A program made the position numbers and the translations under genes. Under the pieces are notes generated by a model. That model was not told the origin of the DNA, searched no databases, and was given only the letters and a program-made list of their open reading frames with translations. Source: an uncultured Gammaproteobacteria bacterium (GTDB lineage: Bacteria; Patescibacteriota; Microgenomatia; UBA1406; HO2-37-13b). Taken from it: a stretch of DNA of 64,000 nucleotides. The stretch lies in the NCBI GenBank assembly GCA_964413645.1, contig CAYPSA010000002.1, positions 86,508 through 150,507 on the forward strand. Reading direction: 5' to 3'. Below, piece by piece: positions 48,368-58,088 of the stretch (within the stretch, counting starts at the first letter, position 1; each line of letters starts with the position of its first letter).

Positions 48368-49408
48368 ATGAGTAATCCAAAAATCAGTGTCGTACTTCCA
48401 ACTTACAACCGTCCCGATTACATAGTTCTTTCAATTCAATCGATCTTAAATCAAACATTTAAGAACTTCGAAATTCTGGTCCTCGACGACGCATCGACCG
48501 ATAACACGCAAGAAGTTGTTCTTGGATTCAACGATAAAAGAATCATTTACATAAAGAATAAAAAAAATATGGGATATGCAGCTAATATTAAAAAAGGGTT
48601 TAGCATGTCAAAAGGGAAGTATATTTTTATGATCTCTGATGATGACATGATTATGAGCACTACACTTTTTGCCGAGATTGTGAAAGTAATGGATAAAAAT
48701 AACGCCGGCTACGCTCAAACGGGCCTTGTTTATTACGATAAAGACCATTACAAGCCATCTGTTATTGATCATGTTGCAACAAAACTTATTTTTGAAAAAC
48801 CATCGCCTGAAATATTCTATAAAACATCAAATTGGCATTATGGATTTATGTCGGGAAATGTTTTCCGAAAGGATTTTATTAATATTAATCGCGACTTCCA
48901 TGAAACCGATATTTGGTGGCCTTTTCTTAAAGCAGCTTACAACGCAATCAAAGACCATGGTGCAGTTTATTTTGGAAAACATTTTATCGTTGCTCGAACT
49001 AGTACGACAGGGCTGATTGCATGGCTTGATATCGACAAAAATGGAAGTTTTTACATGGATCTATTATTTGATATTTATAAAGAGTTCGACAAAGATCCCG
49101 CCCGATTTCAAAAATATTTAAAAAATCGCCTTGATGTAGTTGTAGGAACATTACCCGGAATTAAATATTACACATCCAATAAGAACATTAAGGGAATGGC
49201 TTACGCGATTGTCAAACACCGTCCCGAATATATTTTTGAACGTTCATTTTGGATTAATGTAATTGGAGCGCTGATTGCGCCTAAACTTATACTAGGCCTA
49301 CTTCGACCCATTCGAACATTTGTTGGTCAACAGCGTTTAAACGCGTTTCTTGAGAAAATTCAACTTCAAAAGAATCTTGATTTAGCATTGGCTAATCATA
49401 AAAAATAA
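48368..49408 (+). CDS. GT2 glycosyltransferase
   Basis: Start at MSNPKISVVLPTYNRPDYIVLSIQSILNQTFKNFEILVLDDASTDNT. DxD in MISDDD. Confidence 0.85.
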   Translation: MSNPKISVVLPTYNRPDYIVLSIQSILNQTFKNFEILVLDDASTDNTQEVVLGFNDKRIIYIKNKKNMGYAANIKKGFSMSKGKYIFMISDDDMIMSTTLFAEIVKVMDKNNAGYAQTGLVYYDKDHYKPSVIDHVATKLIFEKPSPEIFYKTSNWHYGFMSGNVFRKDFININRDFHETDIWWPFLKAAYNAIKDHGAVYFGKHFIVARTSTTGLIAWLDIDKNGSFYMDLLFDIYKEFDKDPARFQKYLKNRLDVVVGTLPGIKYYTSNKNIKGMAYAIVKHRPEYIFERSFWINVIGALIAPKLILGLLRPIRTFVGQQRLNAFLEKIQLQKNLDLALANHKK

Positions 49409-49418
49409 TTTATCACAC

Positions 49419-50342
49419 ATGAAGAATTATCTTATTACCGGAGGTTTTGGTCTCATTGGCTCAACTCTTGCGTCAAAATTAAAAGGAAATATAACATTGG
49501 TAAGTCGCTCAAAAAAACACATTCACCGAATTGATCCAAAAAAATATACAGTAATCCTTAAGCCTGTCGAAAAACTATCTAAGGAGGATATTCAAGATAT
49601 TGATATCATTTACCATTGTGCAAGTACCGTAGATAACTACCATATTCTTTCTGATCCGCATATTGATGTAGATACAAACATTAAAGCCACTATTCATCTT
49701 TTAGAACTCTGTAAAGACCTAAAAAAGAAACCAAAAATTGTCTATTTCTCCACTTTTTTTGTTTACGGCAATATATACGAACAAACCAAGAAAAAAATAA
49801 CCGAGACTTCTCCTACTGATCCGCTCGCATTATATCCGGCCACTAAACTATGTACAGAAAGTATTATCAAAAGTTATCACGCAATTTTTGGCATTCCGTA
49901 TCTGATTGTTCGACTTACTAATGTTTACGGAGAAACTGAAGATTTTAATAACAAAAAAAAGGGTGCTTTAAATTGGCTGATTATGCAAGCAGTACAAGGT
50001 AATGAATTACCTATTTACAAAGGAGGAAATTTTTATCGAGATTACATTCATGTTGACGACGTTGCTCGAGCCGTAATTTCATTGAATACAAAATCAAATG
50101 ATACGTATTTGATTGGTTATGGAAAGCCTGTGTATTTTAAAAAATTAATTGAGTATATATTACATGGCACTGACCACAAATCTACTGTAAAAGAAATTGA
50201 TCCACCTGTTTTTCACAAACATGTTGGTGTCCGCAATTTCGTTGCAAACACTGCAAAAATTACCAAAACAGGCTGGAAACCAACTATTAGTCCAAAAAAG
50301 GGAATACTACGTGTTGTTGAAAACTATAAAAATCAAGCATGA
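49419..50342 (+). CDS. NAD-dependent sugar-nucleotide epimerase/dehydratase (SDR)
   Basis: 307 aa with ITGGFGLIGSTLASKL and YxxxK in LYPATKLCTE. Confidence 0.85.
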   Translation: MKNYLITGGFGLIGSTLASKLKGNITLVSRSKKHIHRIDPKKYTVILKPVEKLSKEDIQDIDIIYHCASTVDNYHILSDPHIDVDTNIKATIHLLELCKDLKKKPKIVYFSTFFVYGNIYEQTKKKITETSPTDPLALYPATKLCTESIIKSYHAIFGIPYLIVRLTNVYGETEDFNNKKKGALNWLIMQAVQGNELPIYKGGNFYRDYIHVDDVARAVISLNTKSNDTYLIGYGKPVYFKKLIEYILHGTDHKSTVKEIDPPVFHKHVGVRNFVANTAKITKTGWKPTISPKKGILRVVENYKNQA

Positions 50343-51346
50343 AATCTCCACTAATCTCAATTATCATCACCAATTTTAACGCTAAACGCTGGCTCGATAA
50401 ATGCCTAGGTTCTATTCGCGAGCAAAAGTTCAAAGATTATGAAATTGTATTTGTAAATGACGGGTCTACTGACGGATCGTTTGAGTACGCACAAAAAAGA
50501 TTCCCCGAATGTGTGTTTGTTAACAGTATTGCAAATGCAGGCTTTGCTCGGGCAAATAATTTGGGTGCAATGTCTGCTCGAGGAGAATATTTATTTATAC
50601 TAAATGCGGATACATATCTTGAGAAAGATACGCTTACAAAATTAGCCACAGTGTTAAAGAAACATCCTCGATATAAAATCGCGCAACTAGATATTCGTCG
50701 ATATGACAAAGCAAATATGGAGGGGGAAGCGTGCACATTTCAAATTGATCGATTTGGGTATCCTATATGGTCAGGAAAAGATGAAAATCCATTTTATGCC
50801 GATGCTGCCGCAATGATAATAAAGAAAGATTTGTTTTTCAAAATTGGAGGATTTGATGATCGATTTTATATATATCTTGAAGATCTAGACCTGGCGTGGC
50901 GTGCTCGATTACTTGGAAATACCGTTTATTACCTTCCAAAAATCTATGTATATCATTACGCAGGAGGAACTTCGGTATCTACCCAAATAAAAGAGGGGAC
51001 TTACGCAACATCATTACGCCGACGATACGACGCACAAAAGAACAATCTACGCACACTTATTAAAAATGTTGAACTTTCCAACCTATTATGGCGACTTCCT
51101 GGATCCACCATACTTGCTTCCGGAGAAGGATTTTTGTACTTATTAAAAGGTAATGTAGCGGGTTTTTTGGCTTTGCATAATGCAATCCTTTGGAATATAC
51201 TGAACTTAGTTGATTCATTGAAGGAGCGAGCAAAAGTTCAGAAAATGCGCAAAGTAAGCGATATTGAAATTTTCAAAAAAGCTGATAAACGCATTTCTAA
51301 ACTTGCCTCACTTATTTCATACGGCATTCCAAAAATGAACCAATAA
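50339..51346 (+). CDS. GT2 glycosyltransferase (rhamnosyltransferase-like)
   Basis: 335 aa with ISIIITNFNAKRWLDKCLGSI, VFVNDGSTDGS, ILNADT, YLEDLDLAWR. Confidence 0.88.
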   Translation: MKSPLISIIITNFNAKRWLDKCLGSIREQKFKDYEIVFVNDGSTDGSFEYAQKRFPECVFVNSIANAGFARANNLGAMSARGEYLFILNADTYLEKDTLTKLATVLKKHPRYKIAQLDIRRYDKANMEGEACTFQIDRFGYPIWSGKDENPFYADAAAMIIKKDLFFKIGGFDDRFYIYLEDLDLAWRARLLGNTVYYLPKIYVYHYAGGTSVSTQIKEGTYATSLRRRYDAQKNNLRTLIKNVELSNLLWRLPGSTILASGEGFLYLLKGNVAGFLALHNAILWNILNLVDSLKERAKVQKMRKVSDIEIFKKADKRISKLASLISYGIPKMNQ

Positions 51347-54300
51347 TGGTCATGAAGAATTTGCTTTTAAAGATATATCCAGCACTCGCTATTCTTTTGT
51401 TCCCTGTATTTTTTGTTCATCGTCTTTTTAAAGACAACTATTTATTCTATGGAGAAGAGCGGGGATTTTTAAACTACGACTTTGTAAATTATCGCTACGA
51501 CTCTGTATGGGAAACAGCAAAAAATTTTGGCGCGATAACTTCGAACCATTTCAATATATTTACCACTGGCCTATTCTGGAAAATTACAAGTTATTTTGGA
51601 GTTTCAAACCTTCATGCTGAAATGCTTTTCTATTACTTCATAACATTGGTAACTATTTTATTCGGATATTTAGCATTCAAAAAGGTTTCAAACGGCAAAG
51701 GATTATCACTACTAATGAGTCTCACCTACATAACCACATATAACTATTATGCTACCATCACCACTACTCCGAAAATGCTTCATGTCATTATTCTACCTAT
51801 GACCTTATATTTTTGGTTGGAATTTATTGATACTAAAAAGCTGCGTTATTTCATGTTAAATACATTATTCCTTGGACTATTTTTAGGAATTGGAATTAAC
51901 CCTCCTCAGATGATCGGCGCATACATGTTTATATTCTTATATATTGGGTTTTTTAATTTTCAACGAAAAAATATTCCATATATCGCCCTTTTTTTAGCTC
52001 CGTTCTTATTAAACGTATTATTCGTTCTAATTCTAAATATTATAGTTATTCATTTCAGCGGACAAGTTTTTTCGTACGATATTTTTAAAGAAGTTTTCAG
52101 TGCGACAAAATCAGTTGCTTATGAAATTATGCGATTTTTTGGGGCTTGGTGGGACTACGCGGGTAGTGGAGGACTGTTTTATAATCATATTGGTCCATAT
52201 TATCATTCAATACCCGGAGTCATTATCACGTTTATTCCATTCGCGTTATTTTTATACCTCATTTCAGAACAAGCAAGAGAGAATATACCGCTACGAAATA
52301 AGTTAATCGCGCTTACATTATTACTATTGTTTTTCGTAAAAGGAGGCGCGATGCCATTTGGGGAATTGTTTGATAAAGCATATCAAAATATCGGCTTATT
52401 GCGAATATTCCGAGAACCGTGGGCTAAATTTATTGTGAATTTTATTTTTGCTGTTTATTTGAGCATTGTATATTTATACACAACAACTCACGAACGCGCT
52501 AAAAATATTGTGTTATATGCAATTACATTTTTATTCATATATCAACTCATCCCGCTTATGCTAGGTCTGGTTATTGACCACCGAAATATATCCTGGAAAA
52601 TTAGCGACGTAAATGTTCCAGCTTATTGGAACAACATTCAAGTCTGGACAAAGCAAAATACCCAAGACAAGCGCATGCTCGTACTACCAGCACGGGTCGA
52701 TGATGGAGGAACATTGATACAAAATTGGAAACCATACTATTTTATTGGGTATCCAGATGACTATTATATTTACGGAGATATTATTAATAGTCAATATAAC
52801 AGTGACGAGGACAAATATATTACTCAGAATTTCCTAAAAAATCTTACGCCTCAGCTATTACAAATGGCTTCGGTCGAATATGTTGTCGAAAAACTAGATG
52901 TTGCTCCGCAACAAGATCAAATATTAATTGAAAGCAACTCGGTTAATGATGTTTTAAATGAGCAGGAAAAACTTCGATTCGATGGTGTAAACATTTTTCC
53001 TCTTAAACCAAATGCAAAAACCCAACGACTACGTCCAATGAGCAAAATTCTTTCAGCTCCTCAAGATTGTTCCGTTTTTTTCAAGAAATATAAAACGTCT
53101 GACTTTGCATCAAATTCATACATTCATACAAATGTACCTGCAATTGCCGGAAATGTTTCAAAATCAAATCCTCAAATTTCACGAATCGATAAAACAGAAT
53201 ACAAAGTGGATTTTGATCAAACAGCAGAATCGAATACTGCGCTTTTCCTGGCAGAATCTTTTAATGCGGGGTGGCAATGGTACTCATCTACCAGCATATT
53301 TGCTCGTCCTGTTGAAATAGAAAGTAATCATCAAAAAGCAAATTGCTTTGCAAATTTATGGATTTTCCCAAAGAATGAAACTCTAGCAAATCCCACACTG
53401 TATTTACGCTACACTCCTCAAATTATGTATGATCGCATGAAACTTGCGTACATTGTAATTATTTCCGTTCTAATAATGATCGGTTTTGTAATTACCCGAA
53501 AGCGAAAATCAACTCAAACGAATGACGGACAAGTAAATGTCTTTTCGCCTCATCGTGTTATTACCTCACTTTTTATGAAGTTCAAACCAAAACACTTTGG
53601 AAGAATTAACATTGAATACCGACTTATTTTCTTGGCAATAACGCTTACAATGCTTTTGTTTGATTTTCTGGATCCCCGGGCATATCACGACCTTTTTGTA
53701 GTTGTGTTTACTATTTTCTGGATGGTTACGAGTATTGCCTATAAATTCAATCCTCGCGTAAATATGTATGCAGCTTATTTTTTCTTGTTTTTGGTTATCA
53801 TAAATCGCCTCACTTCGTTTGTATACATGGCAGATAAGCTAGGAGTGTGGACGATTATGTTTATTACATATATAGGGCTTTATTCGCTTATCTACGATTA
53901 TATTACTGTTGAACGTACAAACACGTTTGAATTATTCATGAAAAAAGTTAAGGAAGATATTGCTTATTTCGAAAAATATCACAATACAATTCTTTCAAAA
54001 TCTCTTTGGTTTTTACATAGAATTTTAGAAAGATCTCGATACTGGATAATTCGTATTTACGGAATGAAAGGTAAGACAACTCGTGATTGGCTACTATTAT
54101 GGAGTAAGATCGCAGTTACAGCAGTCATTCTGAGTATTGGATTTTATGTCTTCAACAAAGTTGATAGTAAATTAAACCGATTCTCGTTTGATCCGGTTGT
54201 TAAAAAAGTTGAACCACAAATCATCTACTCATCAACAAAAGTTATTATTTGGGGAAAAAACTTTGGATGGAAAGAACAGGATGGGTCAATACTCCAAAAT

Positions 54301-54558
54301 CAATACGGTGAGGTACGTACGGAAATGTGGACTGATACAAAGATAGTTTTTGAAGCACCTCTTTCATGGGTGCCAGGTGAAATGCAATTCAGAATAGTAA
54401 AACCAAGTAATTACGAAGGTCGTCATATTTATGCAGTAAGTAAGATTTTCAAACTTCAACTTCTACCACGTGGAAATGGATTCACTCCAATGGACGATGA
54501 GTTTTTTAGACAATTAAAGGATCTTGATCCTGAAACACGTCAAATAAATGGATACTAA
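51346..54558 (+). CDS. giant polytopic membrane protein: GT-C-like N-terminal module, extracytoplasmic domain, second TM bundle, C-terminal IPT/TIG-like Ig domain
   Basis: 1070 aa. ~12 TM segments in residues 1-410, a soluble region ~420-700, six more TM segments ~705-930, and a C-terminal beta-sandwich (PVVKKVEPQIIYSSTKVIIWGKNFG...MQFRIVKPS). Confidence 0.7.
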   Translation: MVMKNLLLKIYPALAILLFPVFFVHRLFKDNYLFYGEERGFLNYDFVNYRYDSVWETAKNFGAITSNHFNIFTTGLFWKITSYFGVSNLHAEMLFYYFITLVTILFGYLAFKKVSNGKGLSLLMSLTYITTYNYYATITTTPKMLHVIILPMTLYFWLEFIDTKKLRYFMLNTLFLGLFLGIGINPPQMIGAYMFIFLYIGFFNFQRKNIPYIALFLAPFLLNVLFVLILNIIVIHFSGQVFSYDIFKEVFSATKSVAYEIMRFFGAWWDYAGSGGLFYNHIGPYYHSIPGVIITFIPFALFLYLISEQARENIPLRNKLIALTLLLLFFVKGGAMPFGELFDKAYQNIGLLRIFREPWAKFIVNFIFAVYLSIVYLYTTTHERAKNIVLYAITFLFIYQLIPLMLGLVIDHRNISWKISDVNVPAYWNNIQVWTKQNTQDKRMLVLPARVDDGGTLIQNWKPYYFIGYPDDYYIYGDIINSQYNSDEDKYITQNFLKNLTPQLLQMASVEYVVEKLDVAPQQDQILIESNSVNDVLNEQEKLRFDGVNIFPLKPNAKTQRLRPMSKILSAPQDCSVFFKKYKTSDFASNSYIHTNVPAIAGNVSKSNPQISRIDKTEYKVDFDQTAESNTALFLAESFNAGWQWYSSTSIFARPVEIESNHQKANCFANLWIFPKNETLANPTLYLRYTPQIMYDRMKLAYIVIISVLIMIGFVITRKRKSTQTNDGQVNVFSPHRVITSLFMKFKPKHFGRINIEYRLIFLAITLTMLLFDFLDPRAYHDLFVVVFTIFWMVTSIAYKFNPRVNMYAAYFFLFLVIINRLTSFVYMADKLGVWTIMFITYIGLYSLIYDYITVERTNTFELFMKKVKEDIAYFEKYHNTILSKSLWFLHRILERSRYWIIRIYGMKGKTTRDWLLLWSKIAVTAVILSIGFYVFNKVDSKLNRFSFDPVVKKVEPQIIYSSTKVIIWGKNFGWKEQDGSILQNQYGEVRTEMWTDTKIVFEAPLSWVPGEMQFRIVKPSNYEGRHIYAVSKIFKLQLLPRGNGFTPMDDEFFRQLKDLDPETRQINGY

Positions 54559-56041
54559 AAAAATTTCATTAATCGTTCTTTCCATCATAATCGCTGCGGG
54601 TCTCTATTTTCGGATCGTAGGTATTCAAAAAAATTTGTCTTTTTGGAATGATGAATCGCATGCGGCAATTTATTCGCGCGGAGTTGCACAGACTGGCCTT
54701 CCACGCGATACAGAGGGTCGCGGACGAGGTATTTATCAGATCGGGCTGTACTATGTAACCGGTGCAAGCTTTAAGCTATTTGGAATTTCGCAAACCAGTG
54801 GACGGATTCCTTCGGTTGCAATAGGAACTATTCTCATTGGCGTCATATATTTTGTAACAAAAAGGGTGACGAAAGGGGAATTACCCGCGCTTCTATCGAG
54901 TTTTTTGATAGCATTTTCGCAAATACAACTCGCTTGGTCTACACAACTTCGGCCATACATTTGGCTAGAACTTTTTTCGCTACTGGTCTTTTACTTAGTA
55001 GTTAAGTCATTGGAGAGTAAAGCACGGATCTTTGATAAATATTTTTTAATCGCCACAACACTCGGGGCACTTTCGTATTTATTTCACCCAATTGGATTCT
55101 TTAACATAATTTTCTTATTCGGTATTTTTTCTTACAAGAGTTTGATGGCTAAGAAATGGTGGTATTTGTTTTCAATTATTCCGCTTGGAATTATTACATT
55201 CTTTTTAATTTATTTTTCTATTGGACGAAACATTGGCGACTTAATTACATTCGTATTAAAGATCAATACCAACACGCTTCACTATCGAGTTTTTTTGAGA
55301 GCCAATTACGATTGGCTACTTTTAGGTGCGGGAATTGGGGCTCTGTATTTGTCTAAATTAGAGAGAAAAATGGCGATCGCACTGACGAGCTTCATTGGAC
55401 TCATTTTGTTTCTAGCGATTTTTAAAATTAATGCATCGTATGTTCGTTATTGTTTACCAGCTTTCCCACTAATATACATCTTATTTAGCGCGGGAATTGA
55501 AGGACTCAGTGTATATTACGCAAACTATACGAAAAAGAGAAAATTATATGCGCCATTTTTTTTACTCTTTGCTGTGATTTTTCTATATTTCCCCATGCAG
55601 CGAAATAAAATTCTAACAAGTCCTCGTTTTTATTACACCATTAACGGCGATATGCGCGAAAATCCAATAGTCGATTATCAAAAAGCATTTGACCAAATTT
55701 CACAGATGATCGAGGGAAAAGATTCGCTCATTCTTATGGACGCGTGGAACGATCGAATTCCGTGGTATTTGCCAGGAAGAAAATATATTTTCTTAGTTAA
55801 AAATGAGAAAAAGATTGATCCAACATTTAACGAACCTATGATCGGTACTATTGAAGGGTTTGAACAGGAAAAGAAAAAATACAAAAGCGGTCTAGTTATT
55901 GTTGAAAATTGGGAAAGCCTAACACCGCCCGATTTGCAAAAGCATATTCGCGATACGCTACATCATGACTTTGATGTTCAAAATTTACCGTATAATGAAG
56001 CAGATAGATGGGGGATTAGTATTTACAGTTGGGGATTATGA
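54548..56041 (+). CDS. GT-C fold membrane glycosyltransferase (GT39/GT83 ArnT-like)
   Basis: 497 aa with the first-loop motif FWNDESHAAIYSRGV, ~11 TM segments and a soluble C-terminal domain. Confidence 0.75.
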   Translation: MDTKKISLIVLSIIIAAGLYFRIVGIQKNLSFWNDESHAAIYSRGVAQTGLPRDTEGRGRGIYQIGLYYVTGASFKLFGISQTSGRIPSVAIGTILIGVIYFVTKRVTKGELPALLSSFLIAFSQIQLAWSTQLRPYIWLELFSLLVFYLVVKSLESKARIFDKYFLIATTLGALSYLFHPIGFFNIIFLFGIFSYKSLMAKKWWYLFSIIPLGIITFFLIYFSIGRNIGDLITFVLKINTNTLHYRVFLRANYDWLLLGAGIGALYLSKLERKMAIALTSFIGLILFLAIFKINASYVRYCLPAFPLIYILFSAGIEGLSVYYANYTKKRKLYAPFFLLFAVIFLYFPMQRNKILTSPRFYYTINGDMRENPIVDYQKAFDQISQMIEGKDSLILMDAWNDRIPWYLPGRKYIFLVKNEKKIDPTFNEPMIGTIEGFEQEKKKYKSGLVIVENWESLTPPDLQKHIRDTLHHDFDVQNLPYNEADRWGISIYSWGL

Positions 56042-57318
56042 TAAAAAAAGGATTTGTTACAACTATAATATTCGCACTCAGCACGCTTGTGCAGCTCATA
56101 AGCCAGATCATCGTGACTAGAATATATGGAGCGTCGCTGTCACTTGATATTTTTCTTGCCTCTGTAGCAGTTCCAACAGTAATCGTAACGGTCATTTATG
56201 CCACACTTAACGATACATTTCTTCCAGAACTTGCTTCAAAAAAAGAAGAAGATCGTGAAGAATTTTTGCTCGGTAATTTGCTGACAATTGGCGGTGTTAC
56301 CTTCATTGTTTCGGTTCTTACCAGCTTCTTATCTGATTCAATTAGCTTGTGGTTATACGCCCCTCGTGGAGCTGAATTCGTATATCAAGTCTCATTTCAG
56401 ATGCGATATCTATTTTTAAGTATTCCGCTTTCTGTTATTGCGACAATGCTTGGAAGTTATTTTTATGCGAAAAAAGATTTTGTTCGATTCCCAATCGCTC
56501 AACTGGTGGGGAGCTTAGTAAATGTTCTCATGATTGTTGTACTTGCCCCAATAGTAGGAATTTGGGCGCTTATTAGCGCATTTGTCGTAAACATTCTCAT
56601 TCAAATACTTTTTGTCATTCCAAAAGCTTTGTTTACCACAACACCGCTTTTCTCAAATCCAATCGCGCTGTTACTTACCTGGCTTCCCCTTATCGTTGGA
56701 AACTTTGCAATGCGCTCGGATGCAATTCTTATTCGCTCACTTGGGGCAGATTTGCCCAGTGGATATTTGGTGTATTTAAATTTAGTTACAAAAATCTTTG
56801 CGCTTGCAACAAGCGTGGCAACAATTGGCGTACAAGTATTATTGTTACCACACCTGGTAGAGTACTTTAATAAGCAGGAACTTAATAAGGCATTCTCGAC
56901 CGTTAGGAGAGCAAAGGTGGGCGCCATACTTATTTCGGTTGCAGTTACGATCCTGCTAGTTTTTGTTGCTCCAATCGTTATTTCACTTGTTTTCGTTGGC
57001 GGTCAATTTACTCAGCATGACGCTCAAGTCACCAGTTCTATGATTCCTCTCTTTATTGTCCCTGCAATAGGGTGGGGAATAAATTCAATATTTATGCAAC
57101 CGCTTATCGCATTAAAAAAACGCTATTTAGTAGGCACTATTAACGTAGGATCTATGATTATGGGATTTGGTGTTGGGAATCTTATAAATTCTCAACTGGG
57201 TCCTTTACAAGGAATTGTTTGGGGTCTAACTACGCTTATTTTTTCTGGTATCATTGGAAATGAACTCGTATGGCAATACTACAAACGAAAACTCCAAAAG
57301 TCTCAGTTGTTATCGTAA
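56038..57318 (+). CDS. MOP-superfamily flippase (MurJ/MviN- or Wzx-like)
   Basis: Start at MIKKGF (ATGA overlap with the upstream stop; the ORF-track TTG is at 56029). 12-14 TM segments. The N-terminus LISQIIVTRIYGASLSLDIFLASVAVP resembles MurJ-family proteins. Confidence 0.72.
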   Translation: MIKKGFVTTIIFALSTLVQLISQIIVTRIYGASLSLDIFLASVAVPTVIVTVIYATLNDTFLPELASKKEEDREEFLLGNLLTIGGVTFIVSVLTSFLSDSISLWLYAPRGAEFVYQVSFQMRYLFLSIPLSVIATMLGSYFYAKKDFVRFPIAQLVGSLVNVLMIVVLAPIVGIWALISAFVVNILIQILFVIPKALFTTTPLFSNPIALLLTWLPLIVGNFAMRSDAILIRSLGADLPSGYLVYLNLVTKIFALATSVATIGVQVLLLPHLVEYFNKQELNKAFSTVRRAKVGAILISVAVTILLVFVAPIVISLVFVGGQFTQHDAQVTSSMIPLFIVPAIGWGINSIFMQPLIALKKRYLVGTINVGSMIMGFGVGNLINSQLGPLQGIVWGLTTLIFSGIIGNELVWQYYKRKLQKSQLLS

Positions 57319-58058
57319 ATTACCACACTGACCAGCTTGTTTTGAATTTATTGTCACAGTTAGGTGATAATAGCGATATTGAAATATTACTTGTCGATAA
57401 CAGCTCCACTTCTAGTTTAGAGAGTAAGCTACCAAAGTATAAATCGATAATTTATTTATTTCAAAATAAAAATCGTGGTTTTTCGGGCGGAAATAATGTG
57501 GGAATCAAGCGGGCGACAGGGGAGTGGGTGTTTTTATTGAATAGCGACACCCTTACATCGGGGAAAGAAATTCTCAAGCTAGTAGATGTTTGCGAAAGAA
57601 CAAATGTATCAGTTGGGGCTCCCTGCTTGGTAAATGAAGATGGATCATTTCAGCAATCAGCTGGATATTTTAATGCTCCGCATAAAGGAGTAGTTAACTG
57701 GCTTCTGGCACGTCCGCGTTTTATTGGTGGTTCGGTTGCAGAGAATATGCAGGTTGATTTTGCAACGGGTGCCGCGCTATTAATTAAGAAATCTATATTT
57801 GAAAAGATAGGACTATTGGATGAAAAAAGTTTTTTCATGTATTTTGAAGATATTGATTTTTGTTATCGACTGTGCAAAGAAAAAATTTCTATCTTATATA
57901 CTCCTTTAATTAAAATCACTCATTTCAGCGGCAAAAGTGCCGATCAAAATTTGCATGAAAAAAATGTGAATTATACTAACGCACGAAATGCATACATAAA
58001 AAAACACCGAGGAAGTTTTGTATTATTACTAAATAATGTTTTTAAATTATTTGTGTAA
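57270..58058 (+). CDS. GT2 glycosyltransferase (rhamnosyltransferase-like)
   Basis: 262 aa with VSVVIVNYHT, LLVDNSS, LLNSDT, FMYFEDIDFCYR. Confidence 0.85.
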   Translation: MAILQTKTPKVSVVIVNYHTDQLVLNLLSQLGDNSDIEILLVDNSSTSSLESKLPKYKSIIYLFQNKNRGFSGGNNVGIKRATGEWVFLLNSDTLTSGKEILKLVDVCERTNVSVGAPCLVNEDGSFQQSAGYFNAPHKGVVNWLLARPRFIGGSVAENMQVDFATGAALLIKKSIFEKIGLLDEKSFFMYFEDIDFCYRLCKEKISILYTPLIKITHFSGKSADQNLHEKNVNYTNARNAYIKKHRGSFVLLLNNVFKLFV

Positions 58059-58088
58059 TCCGGCAATTCTGGAGATGAGACATTTCAT

